From: Candidatus Zixiibacteriota bacterium
Lineage (GTDB): Bacteria > Zixibacteria > MSB-5A5 > UM-FILTER-46-8
NCBI GenBank assembly: GCA_014730345.1
Contig: WJIJ01000086.1
Coordinates: forward strand, 1 to 58,446
DNA: 58,446 nt
Direction: 5' to 3'
Positions 1 to 8,390 of this stretch are shown here, piece after piece. The notes under the pieces are model-generated. The model was not told the origin of the DNA and ran no database searches. It saw only the letters and a list, made by a program, of their open reading frames with translations. The number at the start of each line of letters is the position of its first letter. Within the stretch, counting starts at the first letter, position 1. The position numbers and the translations under genes were made by a program.

Positions 1-117
1 CAAGCCGGCGAACATAATGTAAATTGGGATGCCTCCCAGAATTCATCAGGCATCTATTTCTATAAGTTATCCGTAGGTGACGAAACGTTCACGAAGCGAA
101 TGACATTGCTGAAATAG
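1..117 (+). CDS. 3' end of a secreted protein with T9SS type A / FlgD-Ig-like C-terminal sorting domain (partial, runs off the window start)
   Basis: Frame 1 reads QAGEHNVNWDASQNSSGIYFYKLSVGDETFTKRMTLLK, TAG at 115-117. Same C-terminal pattern as five complete proteins in the window. Not in the ORF track. Confidence 0.9.
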   Translation, partial: QAGEHNVNWDASQNSSGIYFYKLSVGDETFTKRMTLLK

Positions 118-181
118 AAATGAACTGTTATCGGAAGGTTTATGCGCTTTTAGCATGCATGCCCTTCCGAATGACTGAATT

Positions 182-212
182 AAACCGCCCGTGGGAACGG
201 GCGGTTTTTTTA
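182..212 (+). terminator. Rho-independent terminator
   Basis: aaaccgcccgt-ggga-acgggcggttt stem with GNRA loop followed by a T run, 65 nt after the TAG. Confidence 0.85.
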
Positions 213-285
213 TAGTACTTAAACATCTGTGGTGAGAATAAATCGTATCCCTTTCAATCCCGCGATACTTCTCTTTCAAGGTTGG

Positions 286-480
286 CATATTCATTTGCGG
301 AGCGAAGCGCGGCAAATGAGCATGATAGTTTTAAAAAGTTGCGGCTTGCACCCCCGCGTTCAATGTCATTCCCGCAAAATAGCCAGAGGCTATCAAGAGC
401 GGCAATCCAGGGGTGCCCAACCGCTCGCGGTGGGAATATAAAAGCGGCGGCGGACAAGCGCGTCTGCCGTGGATTCCCGG
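286..480. repeat. Cluster of degenerate palindromic repeats (dRS3/REP-like)
   Basis: Hairpin catattcatttgc/gcaaatgagcatg around GCGAAGC (286-324); gtcattcccgc...gcggcaatccag (365-410) with inner atagcc/ggctat hairpin; cggcggac/gtctgccg (448-469); tggattcccg (470-479). Confidence 0.55.
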
Positions 481-604
481 AAGGTTTTCCTTACCGGTTC
501 TATAACTTCGTTAATTAAAAATCTACATCACAACTAAACTTTTCCCCGGCTCCTGTGTCAAATTAACGAGAAACAAACGAATCTGCTAACCACAGGAGAC
601 CATC

Positions 605-2473
605 ATGAAATCCAAAACAACACTTATGATTGGCGCACTACTACTTGCAATCTGCTTCGGCGCAACAGCTTATGCCGGTGATTACACGATCGTCGACACC
701 GGGCAGGACAACTGCTACGATGAAAACAGCTGGATTGTTGAACCCGGAGTCGGGGAACCATTCTATGGACAGGATGCCCAGTACGACGGTTTCCAGCCGT
801 CTTACCGGGATAACGGCGATGGCACCGTTACCGACGTCAATACCGGTTTAATGTGGCAGAAAACCCCCTGCTTAGATCAAAAATTCGAGTTTTTCGAAGC
901 GTTGAACGGCGCGGATACATTCAGTCTCGCCGGTTATGATGATTGGCGTTTGCCGACTATCAAAGAGCTTTACTCGTTAATTAATTTCAATGGAAGTATC
1001 TACAATCTCGTACCTTATATCGATACGAATTATTTCGATTTCGCTTATCCAGATACCACACAGGGATGGCGTATAATCGATGCCCAGTATTGGTCAAGTA
1101 CTCAATACGTGGGCACTACTATGAATAATGAACCTACAGTATTCGGCGTTAATTTCGCCGACGGACGTATCAAGGGGTATCCGCGGGACAATGGACCCGG
1201 CGGGCAAACGATGACCGAATTCGTGCGCTATGTCCGCGGAAATATCAACTATGGCGAAAATAATTACGTTGACAACGGCAACGGCACAGTTATCGACCTC
1301 GCTACCGGGTTGATATGGCAAAAGACTGATGACGGCACCCCGCGCAACTGGGAGGATGCTCTGGCATACGCGGAAGGTTTGGAGCTTGCCGGGCATGATG
1401 ACTGGCGTTTGCCCAATGCCAAGGAGCTTCAGAGCATAGTTGACTACACCCACGCCCCCGATGCCACCGATCCCGAACTGGTTGGACCTGCTATCGACCC
1501 CGTTTTCGATATTACCAACACAGGCAGTCAGCAGGATCCTGACTATGGTTACTACTGGAGCGGTACCACGCACCTCGATGGTCCATACCCTGATTTCGCC
1601 TGCTACCAGACATTCGGCTGCGCCTGGGGGTGGATGGAGATTCCGCCTAATTCCGGCAATTATGTTTACATGAATGTTCACGGCGCCGGCGCGCAGAGAA
1701 GCGACCCTAAATCCGGCGATCCTTCTAACTGGCCCCATGGCAACGGCCCCCAGGGAGATGAAGTGCGCATCTATAACTATGTACGTTGCGTCCGTGGAGG
1801 TAATGTAACCACTATCAATATGATTCCCGATTCTTCCCCGGTTACCGTACCCCAGGGCGGTTCCTTCAACTATACCGGTATGTTGTTGAACAATACACAG
1901 CAATCGCAAACCGGTGATTTGTGGATTATGCTGGAATTGCCCAACGGCGCCGAGTATGGACCGCTCTATTTAATTGATGATATCTCAATGAACTCCGCGC
2001 AGAATATTATAGTGGATGATATCGAGCAATATGTTCCCACGTTCGCCCCCATGGGAACCTATAAGTACATCTCCTACTGCGGGATTTATCCCGATGTAAA
2101 GGTTGATTCTTCGGGTTTCGAATTTACAGTTATCTCCGGCGATGATTCCGGCGCGGATTCATGGGTACTGTCCGGCTGGTCCGGGGAAACTGGCGGTGAA
2201 CAGTTTCCGCTTAAAACCAGCCTGGATGAAAACTATCCGAATCCGTTCAACGCCGGTACCGCCATCAGCTATTCATTGGCAAATGATGCCGATGTTTCGC
2301 TTGCAGTGTACAATATCATGGGACAGAAAGTAGATGTCCTCTTTGCTGGCCATCAACAGGCGGGAGAGTACAAATTGAACTGGGATGGTTCGCCATTTTC
2401 ATCGGGTATTTACTTCTACAAACTGACCGCCGATGATAAATCTTTCACCCGACAGATGACCTTGTTGAAGTAA
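605..2473 (+). CDS. Secreted tandem DUF1566 (Lcl C-terminal) domain protein with MIPD module and C-terminal sorting domain
   Basis: Signal peptide; two DNGDGTV.D..TGL.WQK...DDWRLP..KEL.S repeats; NYPNPFN...RQMTLLK tail; caggag RBS. Confidence 0.88.
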   Translation: MKSKTTLMIGALLLAICFGATAYAGDYTIVDTGQDNCYDENSWIVEPGVGEPFYGQDAQYDGFQPSYRDNGDGTVTDVNTGLMWQKTPCLDQKFEFFEALNGADTFSLAGYDDWRLPTIKELYSLINFNGSIYNLVPYIDTNYFDFAYPDTTQGWRIIDAQYWSSTQYVGTTMNNEPTVFGVNFADGRIKGYPRDNGPGGQTMTEFVRYVRGNINYGENNYVDNGNGTVIDLATGLIWQKTDDGTPRNWEDALAYAEGLELAGHDDWRLPNAKELQSIVDYTHAPDATDPELVGPAIDPVFDITNTGSQQDPDYGYYWSGTTHLDGPYPDFACYQTFGCAWGWMEIPPNSGNYVYMNVHGAGAQRSDPKSGDPSNWPHGNGPQGDEVRIYNYVRCVRGGNVTTINMIPDSSPVTVPQGGSFNYTGMLLNNTQQSQTGDLWIMLELPNGAEYGPLYLIDDISMNSAQNIIVDDIEQYVPTFAPMGTYKYISYCGIYPDVKVDSSGFEFTVISGDDSGADSWVLSGWSGETGGEQFPLKTSLDENYPNPFNAGTAISYSLANDADVSLAVYNIMGQKVDVLFAGHQQAGEYKLNWDGSPFSSGIYFYKLTADDKSFTRQMTLLK

Positions 2474-2493
2474 TATTTATATAAATTGGGCGT

Positions 2494-2524
2494 AAAGGGC
2501 TGGGGTTAACTCGGCCCTTTTTTA
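2494..2524 (+). terminator. Rho-independent terminator
   Basis: aaagggctgggg-ttaa-ctcggccc followed by a T run just after the 2473 stop. Confidence 0.75.
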
Positions 2525-2599
2525 TTGTAATGCCGGAACAGTGATACTATATATTGGTTTATAACAGGATTGCTGTCATAATGAATTAAATGAGGGATT

Positions 2600-4240
2600 A
2601 TGAAAGTATCTGATTTAATTATTAAATGCCTTGAAACTGAGGGCGTGAAATATATTTTCGGGCTTCCCGGAGAGGAAAACGAAGACCTGATGTTCTCTCT
2701 GGAAGCATCCCCACAGATTAGATTCATACCGGTACGTATGGAACAGGGGGCTTCTTTTATGGCTGATGTATACGGCAGGCTGACCGGAAAAGCCGGAGTA
2801 TGCCTGGCTACCCTGGGGCCCGGCGCGACAAACCTTATAACCGGAGTCGCCGACGCTCATCTGGATAAAGCGCCGCTGGTAGCTATAACAGGGCAGGGCA
2901 GTTCGGACAGGATGCACAAGGAAAGCCACCAGAATCTGGACATTGTCAACATGTTCAAACCGATTACCAAGTGGAACGCCAGCATCCAGAACCCTCACAT
3001 TGTAACCGAGGTGATACGCAAAGCATTTAAACTGGCCGAGATGGAAAAACCGGGGGCGACACATTTCGAACTGCCGGAAGATATCGCCAAGATGGATTGC
3101 GCGCTGAAACCCATTCAGCCCAGGGTTCTGCGGCGGCCGTCGCCGGACTACAAAGCATTGGATTTGGCGGTCAACCTGATTAAAAAGGCCGAGAAGCCGC
3201 TTATATTAGCCGGCAACGGGGCTATACGGAAACTCGCCTCCAAACACCTGCGCCAGTTCGTTTCCCGTACTAATATACCCGTAGTTTCCACATTCATGGG
3301 TAAGGGGGCAATTTCCGACAGTGACGAACATTCGCTTTTTGCGGTAGGATTGCAGGCCCGCGATTATGTCATGCGAGCGCTGGATATGTCGGATTTAATC
3401 ATCACTATCGGTTACGATATCGCCGAATACGCCCCCGAAACATGGAATCCCGATAAGAAGCAGAAGATTGTTCATATTGATTTCTTGCCAGCGGAGGTTT
3501 ACGAATATTACCAGCCGGAAGTCGAAATTGTCTCCGATGTTTCCGGGGCGTTGTGGGACCTGAACCTGGCGGTTAAAAAGGAGAATATAAAGTTCGACCA
3601 TAGTTGGATGCTTCCTATCCGCAAAAAAATCCTCGAAGATTTCGAATCATACCGCCTCGAGGATGGCGGCGAATTCACAGTCCCCGGAGTTCTCCATATC
3701 GTCCGGGAAATCATGAATCCAGGCGATATTCTTATCTCGGATGTGGGCAGTCATAAGGTTTGGATAGGGCGCAACTACCCCGTCTATGAACCGAATTCGG
3801 TAATTATCTCCAATGGGCTGGCCAGTATGGGTATCGCTGTTCCGGGAGGGATAGCCGCCAAACTTGCTTATCCCGAAAAACAGGTGGTTACTATGATGGG
3901 CGACGGCGGTTTCCTTATGAATTCCCAGGAAATCGAGACCGCTAAGCGAATCGGAGTGGGGTACACCATTATCGTATTCAATGATAACGACTACGGTTTG
4001 ATATCATGGAAACAGCATGGTCACACTGGTAAATCATTCGGCACCATGCTAACCAACCCTGACCTGAAAAGGTACGCCGAAAGTTTTGGCATCAAAGGCT
4101 ATGCTCCCGGTAACCTTAACCAGTTGAAAAATAGCCTGCGGGAAGCTATTACCTCGCAGGAATTATCCCTGATAGAAATACCGATTCAACCGAGCGTGAA
4201 TATCGAGTTGAGCAGGAAGCTTGAACAAAATCAAATATAG
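2600..4240 (+). CDS. ThDP-dependent enzyme, acetolactate synthase large subunit family (possible 2-oxoglutarate decarboxylase)
   Basis: FGLPGEEN, EQGASFMA, TLGPGATN, GDGG...N ThDP-binding motif (MGDGGFLMNSQE...FNDNDYG). Confidence 0.9.
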   Translation: MKVSDLIIKCLETEGVKYIFGLPGEENEDLMFSLEASPQIRFIPVRMEQGASFMADVYGRLTGKAGVCLATLGPGATNLITGVADAHLDKAPLVAITGQGSSDRMHKESHQNLDIVNMFKPITKWNASIQNPHIVTEVIRKAFKLAEMEKPGATHFELPEDIAKMDCALKPIQPRVLRRPSPDYKALDLAVNLIKKAEKPLILAGNGAIRKLASKHLRQFVSRTNIPVVSTFMGKGAISDSDEHSLFAVGLQARDYVMRALDMSDLIITIGYDIAEYAPETWNPDKKQKIVHIDFLPAEVYEYYQPEVEIVSDVSGALWDLNLAVKKENIKFDHSWMLPIRKKILEDFESYRLEDGGEFTVPGVLHIVREIMNPGDILISDVGSHKVWIGRNYPVYEPNSVIISNGLASMGIAVPGGIAAKLAYPEKQVVTMMGDGGFLMNSQEIETAKRIGVGYTIIVFNDNDYGLISWKQHGHTGKSFGTMLTNPDLKRYAESFGIKGYAPGNLNQLKNSLREAITSQELSLIEIPIQPSVNIELSRKLEQNQI

Positions 4241-4255
4241 CGAAGGAGTTGTGAT

Positions 4256-5614
4256 ATGAAAGCGATTAATCCGGCAACCGATGAGTTGATTAAAGATTAT
4301 AAAGAGCATACTGACGAACAGGTAAGTGAAATAGTGAAGCAGGCCGATGCCGAATACCGTGCCTGGCGGGAAACATCTTTCTCCCACCGCAGGGGACTGA
4401 TGAAAAAAGCGGCGGAAACCCTGCGTACTAATGTAAATATATATGCCGAAACCATCACCAAAGAAATGGGCAAGACCATCACCGAGTCCCGTGCCGAAGT
4501 CGAAAAATCGGCATGGGTCTGTGACTACTACGCCGACAACGCCGAAAAGTTTTTAGCCGATGAGATAATTGAAACCGATGCCAGTAAAAGCTTCGTGGCT
4601 TTTGAACCTATCGGCGTAGTCTTAGCGGTCATGCCCTGGAACTTTCCCTTCTGGCAGGTCTTCCGCTTCGCCGCCCCAGCGCTCATGGCCGGCAACGCCG
4701 GAGTTCTTAAACACGCGTCCAATGTCCCCGGAAGCGCGCTTGATATCGAGTCGGTATTTAAAGAGGCCGGTTTCCCGGAAAATATCTTCCGCACCCTTTT
4801 AATCCGCGCCGGACAGGTCGAAGCGGTCATCAAAAATGATTTAATTAAAGCGGTAACATTAACCGGAAGTGAACCGGCGGGCATGCAGGTAGCCTCCGTT
4901 GCCGGGGGCGTTCTCAAGAAAACCGTCCTTGAGCTTGGAGGCTCTGATCCGTATATCGTCCTCGACGATGCCGACCTTCCAGCGTGCGTTACCACCAGCG
5001 TGCAGGCGCGGATGATAAACCAGGGGCAGAGTTGTATCGCCGCCAAACGCTTTATCGTAGTTGAACCTCTCGTGAAAGAGTTCGAGCAAAATCAGTTCGA
5101 GATAATGTCCAAACTAAAGGTTGGCGATCCCATGCTGGAGGAAACCCAGGTCGGTCCCATGGCGCGCCTTGACCTGCTTGAAGAACTCGATGAACAAGTG
5201 CAGAAATCGATTAAGATGGGGGCGCGGCTGTTATGCGGCGGTAAGAAGGTCGATGGTCCCGGGGCGTTCTACATGCCAACCGTGCTGGCCGATGTGAAAA
5301 CGGGGATGCCCGCCTGCAAGGAAGAAACTTTCGGCCCCGTATCCGCGATCATTCCGGTTAAGGATGAGGAAGAGGCGATTAAGGTAGCCAATGATTCCGA
5401 GTTCGGTCTCGGCGGAAGCGTTTGGTCGCGTGATGTAGAGCGTGCTGAACGGGTTGCCCGGCAAATTGAAACGGGGGCTGTGTTTGTAAACAGCATGACT
5501 AAGTCCGACCCGAGAATGCCTTTCGGGGGGGTTAAAAAATCCGGTTATGGACGGGAACTTTCCCATTACGGCATAAAGGAATTCGTAAACATCAAGAGCA
5601 TAAGTATAGCGTAA
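4256..5614 (+). CDS. NAD(P)-dependent succinate-semialdehyde dehydrogenase family aldehyde dehydrogenase
   Basis: MPWNFP, LKHAS, TGS, ELGGSDP, catalytic GQSCIA, EETFGP, PFGGVKKSGYGRE; aaggag RBS; 15 nt after the previous gene. Confidence 0.92.
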   Translation: MKAINPATDELIKDYKEHTDEQVSEIVKQADAEYRAWRETSFSHRRGLMKKAAETLRTNVNIYAETITKEMGKTITESRAEVEKSAWVCDYYADNAEKFLADEIIETDASKSFVAFEPIGVVLAVMPWNFPFWQVFRFAAPALMAGNAGVLKHASNVPGSALDIESVFKEAGFPENIFRTLLIRAGQVEAVIKNDLIKAVTLTGSEPAGMQVASVAGGVLKKTVLELGGSDPYIVLDDADLPACVTTSVQARMINQGQSCIAAKRFIVVEPLVKEFEQNQFEIMSKLKVGDPMLEETQVGPMARLDLLEELDEQVQKSIKMGARLLCGGKKVDGPGAFYMPTVLADVKTGMPACKEETFGPVSAIIPVKDEEEAIKVANDSEFGLGGSVWSRDVERAERVARQIETGAVFVNSMTKSDPRMPFGGVKKSGYGRELSHYGIKEFVNIKSISIA

Positions 5615-5634
5615 TAAAGGAAAACACATTAAAT

Positions 5635-5748
5635 ATGTGCCGCCGGGTCAATCCGCCTTGGCGGGCCCTTAGTCGACATGAATACAGGCGTGGTGTCAAA
5701 CGTCTTCGTTTGACACCTTAGGTCAGGCGAGGCCGGCTGACCGCACAT
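5635..5748. repeat. REP/REPIN-like multi-hairpin element
   Basis: Perfect 11-bp stem ggtgtcaaacg/cgtttgacacc (5692-5717) with GTGG at its foot; ggtcag/ctgacc (5721-5742); ccgcc-tt-ggcgg; closing atgtgc/gcacat. Confidence 0.55.
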
Positions 5749-5906
5749 TGTTGATTTACAAAAAATAGGCGTCGTATCCTCGAACGTGACGAAATATTTT
5801 TTAAGAAAACGCGACCGCAAATTGCTATTCCCTTCATTTGAGGAAACCTGCCGCGCAGTTTAATTCGCAAACCAAGCTCTGGATTCTTTGCTATTAAATG
5901 GCAAAC

Positions 5907-5936
5907 AAAAAAGGCTGTCTCGATGACAGCCTTTTT
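5907..5936. terminator. Bidirectional Rho-independent terminator between convergent genes
   Basis: aaaaaggctgtc-tcgat-gacagccttttt, with A and T runs on either side. Confidence 0.85.
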
Positions 5937-5956
5937 CGTTAAATCTGCATAAACTT

Positions 5957-6844
5957 TTAATCCCGGGCTTCGCTCAACTTGTTTACCACTTTTATTTCGA
6001 TAGGGATGGTGAAACGGGAGCCGTATTTATTCTTGGCCTGGAATGTTACCGATTTGCCCATCTTGCCCAATCCAAAAGCCTCGGTATCTACGGTAAACGC
6101 TACTTCAGTGGACTCATCCGGTTTTAGAACTTTTTTATCGATATCAACCTTGATTATATCGGGAAATGGATTGTCGACTATCTGTAATTCCGATTCGGTA
6201 GTGTCGATATTGGTAATGGTCGATTTAAGGACCTCTTTTTCCCCTATGAGAACTTCGTTGACATCGAACATGTCCGGTTCCACCTTGAAATCGCTGTTGG
6301 GAATACCCGCGATAGCCTTAACTGAAATCATTGGATTCTGGTTAGTGGAATCGTTGCAGGTAATCCGCATCTTTTTCATTATCGTCTTTTTATACCTTTT
6401 GGTATGAAAAGTAAAGTCGATAAAATCATGTTCGCCTGGCGGAATAACTATCCCGCGTCTTTTCGTCGTCGTGCATCCTCACGTAGGTTTGATGTTAATT
6501 ATGGTGAGGGTGTCGGTTCCGGTATTGGATACCTTGAAAAGATGGGTTACATTGGTATGTTGCGGAACATTGCCGAAATCGAAAATAGTGTATTCAAGGG
6601 TTATTTTCGAATCGTTCAGGGGAGCATCCGCTTGTTGGGGCGGTCTGCGCCTGATGTTTTTCGGATTTGTTCCCGTGGGAGCGGGTACATATTCTACCGG
6701 CCGTCCGTCTTCGTTGCGTTTCGGCCCCCAATACTGCTTATCATCTTTATTAGAATCGGTATCCGGTGTAAATTGACTTTGAGCCGGCGTGAAAAGAATA
6801 AGGCCGGTTATAGCTGAGAATAACAATATTTTTAGTATTTTCAT
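5957..6844 (-). CDS. Exported DUF1573-domain protein with in-frame TGA, probable selenoprotein (T-U-G-C, Sec at codon 122)
   Basis: Track ORFs 6479..6850 and 5957..6379 are in one frame with only TGA 6481-6479 between them. Read-through gives INIKPT-U-GCTTTKRRGIVIPPGEHDFIDFTFHTKRYKKTIMKKMRITCND, matching the DUF1573 CGC motif. AGGAG 9 nt before ATG 6844; signal peptide. Confidence 0.8.
6439..6456 (-). promoter_or_regulatory. Candidate bacterial SECIS hairpin
   Basis: mRNA +23..+40 after UGA: GCGGGAU-AGUU-AUUCCGC, a 7-bp stem whose loop has G in second position. Confidence 0.55.
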
Positions 6845-7008
6845 AAACAAGAACTCCTGATCCTATATTGCATGCAAAATAATGATAGAATCGCAAAGGT
6901 CAAGTATTTTCCCTTGTTTGCGGTAAATCTTTTGGGCTTCAATCCCCCGGATGGGGGGATTGTAACCCTAATATATGAATTTTCGGAATATTTGTTCCAT
7001 ATATTAAT

Positions 7009-8055
7009 TTATTCCGGGGTATCAAAAGAGGAATCAGCCAGCGCCCCGAAAGCATAAGCAATTTCGTATGGATTCCAATCCTGATCGAAAAGGGCTAAGT
7101 AGTGTCCCGGATGAGAAACCTCCTCCGGCATTTTTACCTGGGTCCAGATGGCGAATTTCGCTCCCATTTCAGCGACTGAGCTGTATAAAGGATAAACATA
7201 TTCAACCTTAGCCGCGTTGAATTCCTCGAAATTATCATAGTTCTCCACTTTGGGCCATGTGCATTCGCTAAGCGCTAATTCCTTGCTCCGGTCAACATCC
7301 CAAAGCGCGTTTATAGGTATGCTCGGATCATAATGACCGTTAATGTGAACATCCCATATATCGAATTTACAATCCTTTAATTGTTCGCCCCAATCGGCTA
7401 TATCGGCTGAAGGAGCCAACCCGCATAAAATTACCTGGGCTTTGGGATCCAACTCCTTCACGATATCATAAAACATATCTGTCAGCGTCTTTAATTCTTC
7501 AACAGTGCCGTTCCAGTGGCCGTAATCCTCGTACCTCATAGGGAATGTGTTTGGCTCATTGATCAACTGGTAGTATTTTACCCTGCTCGCGGTTTGCCTG
7601 ACCATAAATTCCATGGCGGTCCGAAAATCAGCGGTATCCACAGGGGGCCAGCTTCCCTTTGTATAATAATTTATCTCCGGATGACCGGTCATCCATCCCC
7701 GGCTTATAGTTAAATGGAGCATAATATCGATGTGTTCTGGAATTTCATTGAGCCTGTTTTTTATCACCATGCTGTCCAACTGCCCCCGCTCCCGCTCGAA
7801 ATCAAGCCAGTTAGCGAATAACCTTACAACTTCCGGTTTTACTATATCCAGCCAGTAATCGGAAATTTCAATACGGCGCGGTATCCATACCCCTCTTTTA
7901 AAGGAATTTTCACTGGTTGTAAGGGTGGTATCCGGTTCATTGATTGTAATATCATCATTGTTTGTTCCCGGTTCGGTTCCCTTGTTTTTACCGCAACCCA
8001 TTAATGAATAACAGATTAGAATTACCATAAAGAATAAACATATTGTTCTTTTCAT
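7009..8055 (-). CDS. Lipoprotein with clan GH-A (beta/alpha)8 glycoside hydrolase domain
   Basis: Lipobox LMG-C; YYQLINEP acid/base motif; LALSEC nucleophile-like motif; aggagg RBS. Confidence 0.72.
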   Translation of the reverse strand: MKRTICLFFMVILICYSLMGCGKNKGTEPGTNNDDITINEPDTTLTTSENSFKRGVWIPRRIEISDYWLDIVKPEVVRLFANWLDFERERGQLDSMVIKNRLNEIPEHIDIMLHLTISRGWMTGHPEINYYTKGSWPPVDTADFRTAMEFMVRQTASRVKYYQLINEPNTFPMRYEDYGHWNGTVEELKTLTDMFYDIVKELDPKAQVILCGLAPSADIADWGEQLKDCKFDIWDVHINGHYDPSIPINALWDVDRSKELALSECTWPKVENYDNFEEFNAAKVEYVYPLYSSVAEMGAKFAIWTQVKMPEEVSHPGHYLALFDQDWNPYEIAYAFGALADSSFDTPE

Positions 8056-8276
8056 AATTTTCCTCCTGTCGGCGGTATATTACACAAACTGGATGCCGGA
8101 ACCAGCTAAATGTTAACAGGCTTAAGCTGCTATACAGCAATGGATTAAGTGGGTCCAATATCCTTGTCGAAGGAGAGGTTTAGTATTTCTGGACTCGGAA
8201 TGAGCAATATGCTAATTTAATTGACATTTATTTTGGATTATAAATCAATAACTAACTAAATCCTTACAATACAGCC

Positions 8277-8305
8277 TTGACATAAGCACAAAAATTTAGT
8301 AAAAT
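8277..8305 (+). promoter_or_regulatory. sigma70-type promoter of the S8 peptidase gene
   Basis: TTGACA (8277-8282), 17-nt spacer, TAAAAT (8300-8305). Confidence 0.7.
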
Positions 8306-8390
8306 ATTCCTGCAAAGTTCTTCAAATTATGCAAAAAATATTTTTCCCAAATATTTTCCTTCACTAATCCCCCACAAGTAAGGAGGCTTT

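Noticed and set aside
67-518. Short ORFs 67..315, 229..441, 254..457, 282..518
   Set aside because: They overlap a terminator and palindromic repeats, have no RBS or motif, and conflict with each other.
930-1415. Nucleotide repeats within the DUF1566 gene as a mobile or CRISPR-like repeat
   Set aside because: They are the coding sequence of two tandem DUF1566 domains (NGxGTV, DDWRLP).
5957-6850. Two separate genes or a pseudogene, as the ORF track implies
   Set aside because: The break falls inside one domain at its conserved Cys, the frame is unchanged, and a SECIS-like hairpin follows. Recoding explains this better, though a nonsense mutation is not excluded.
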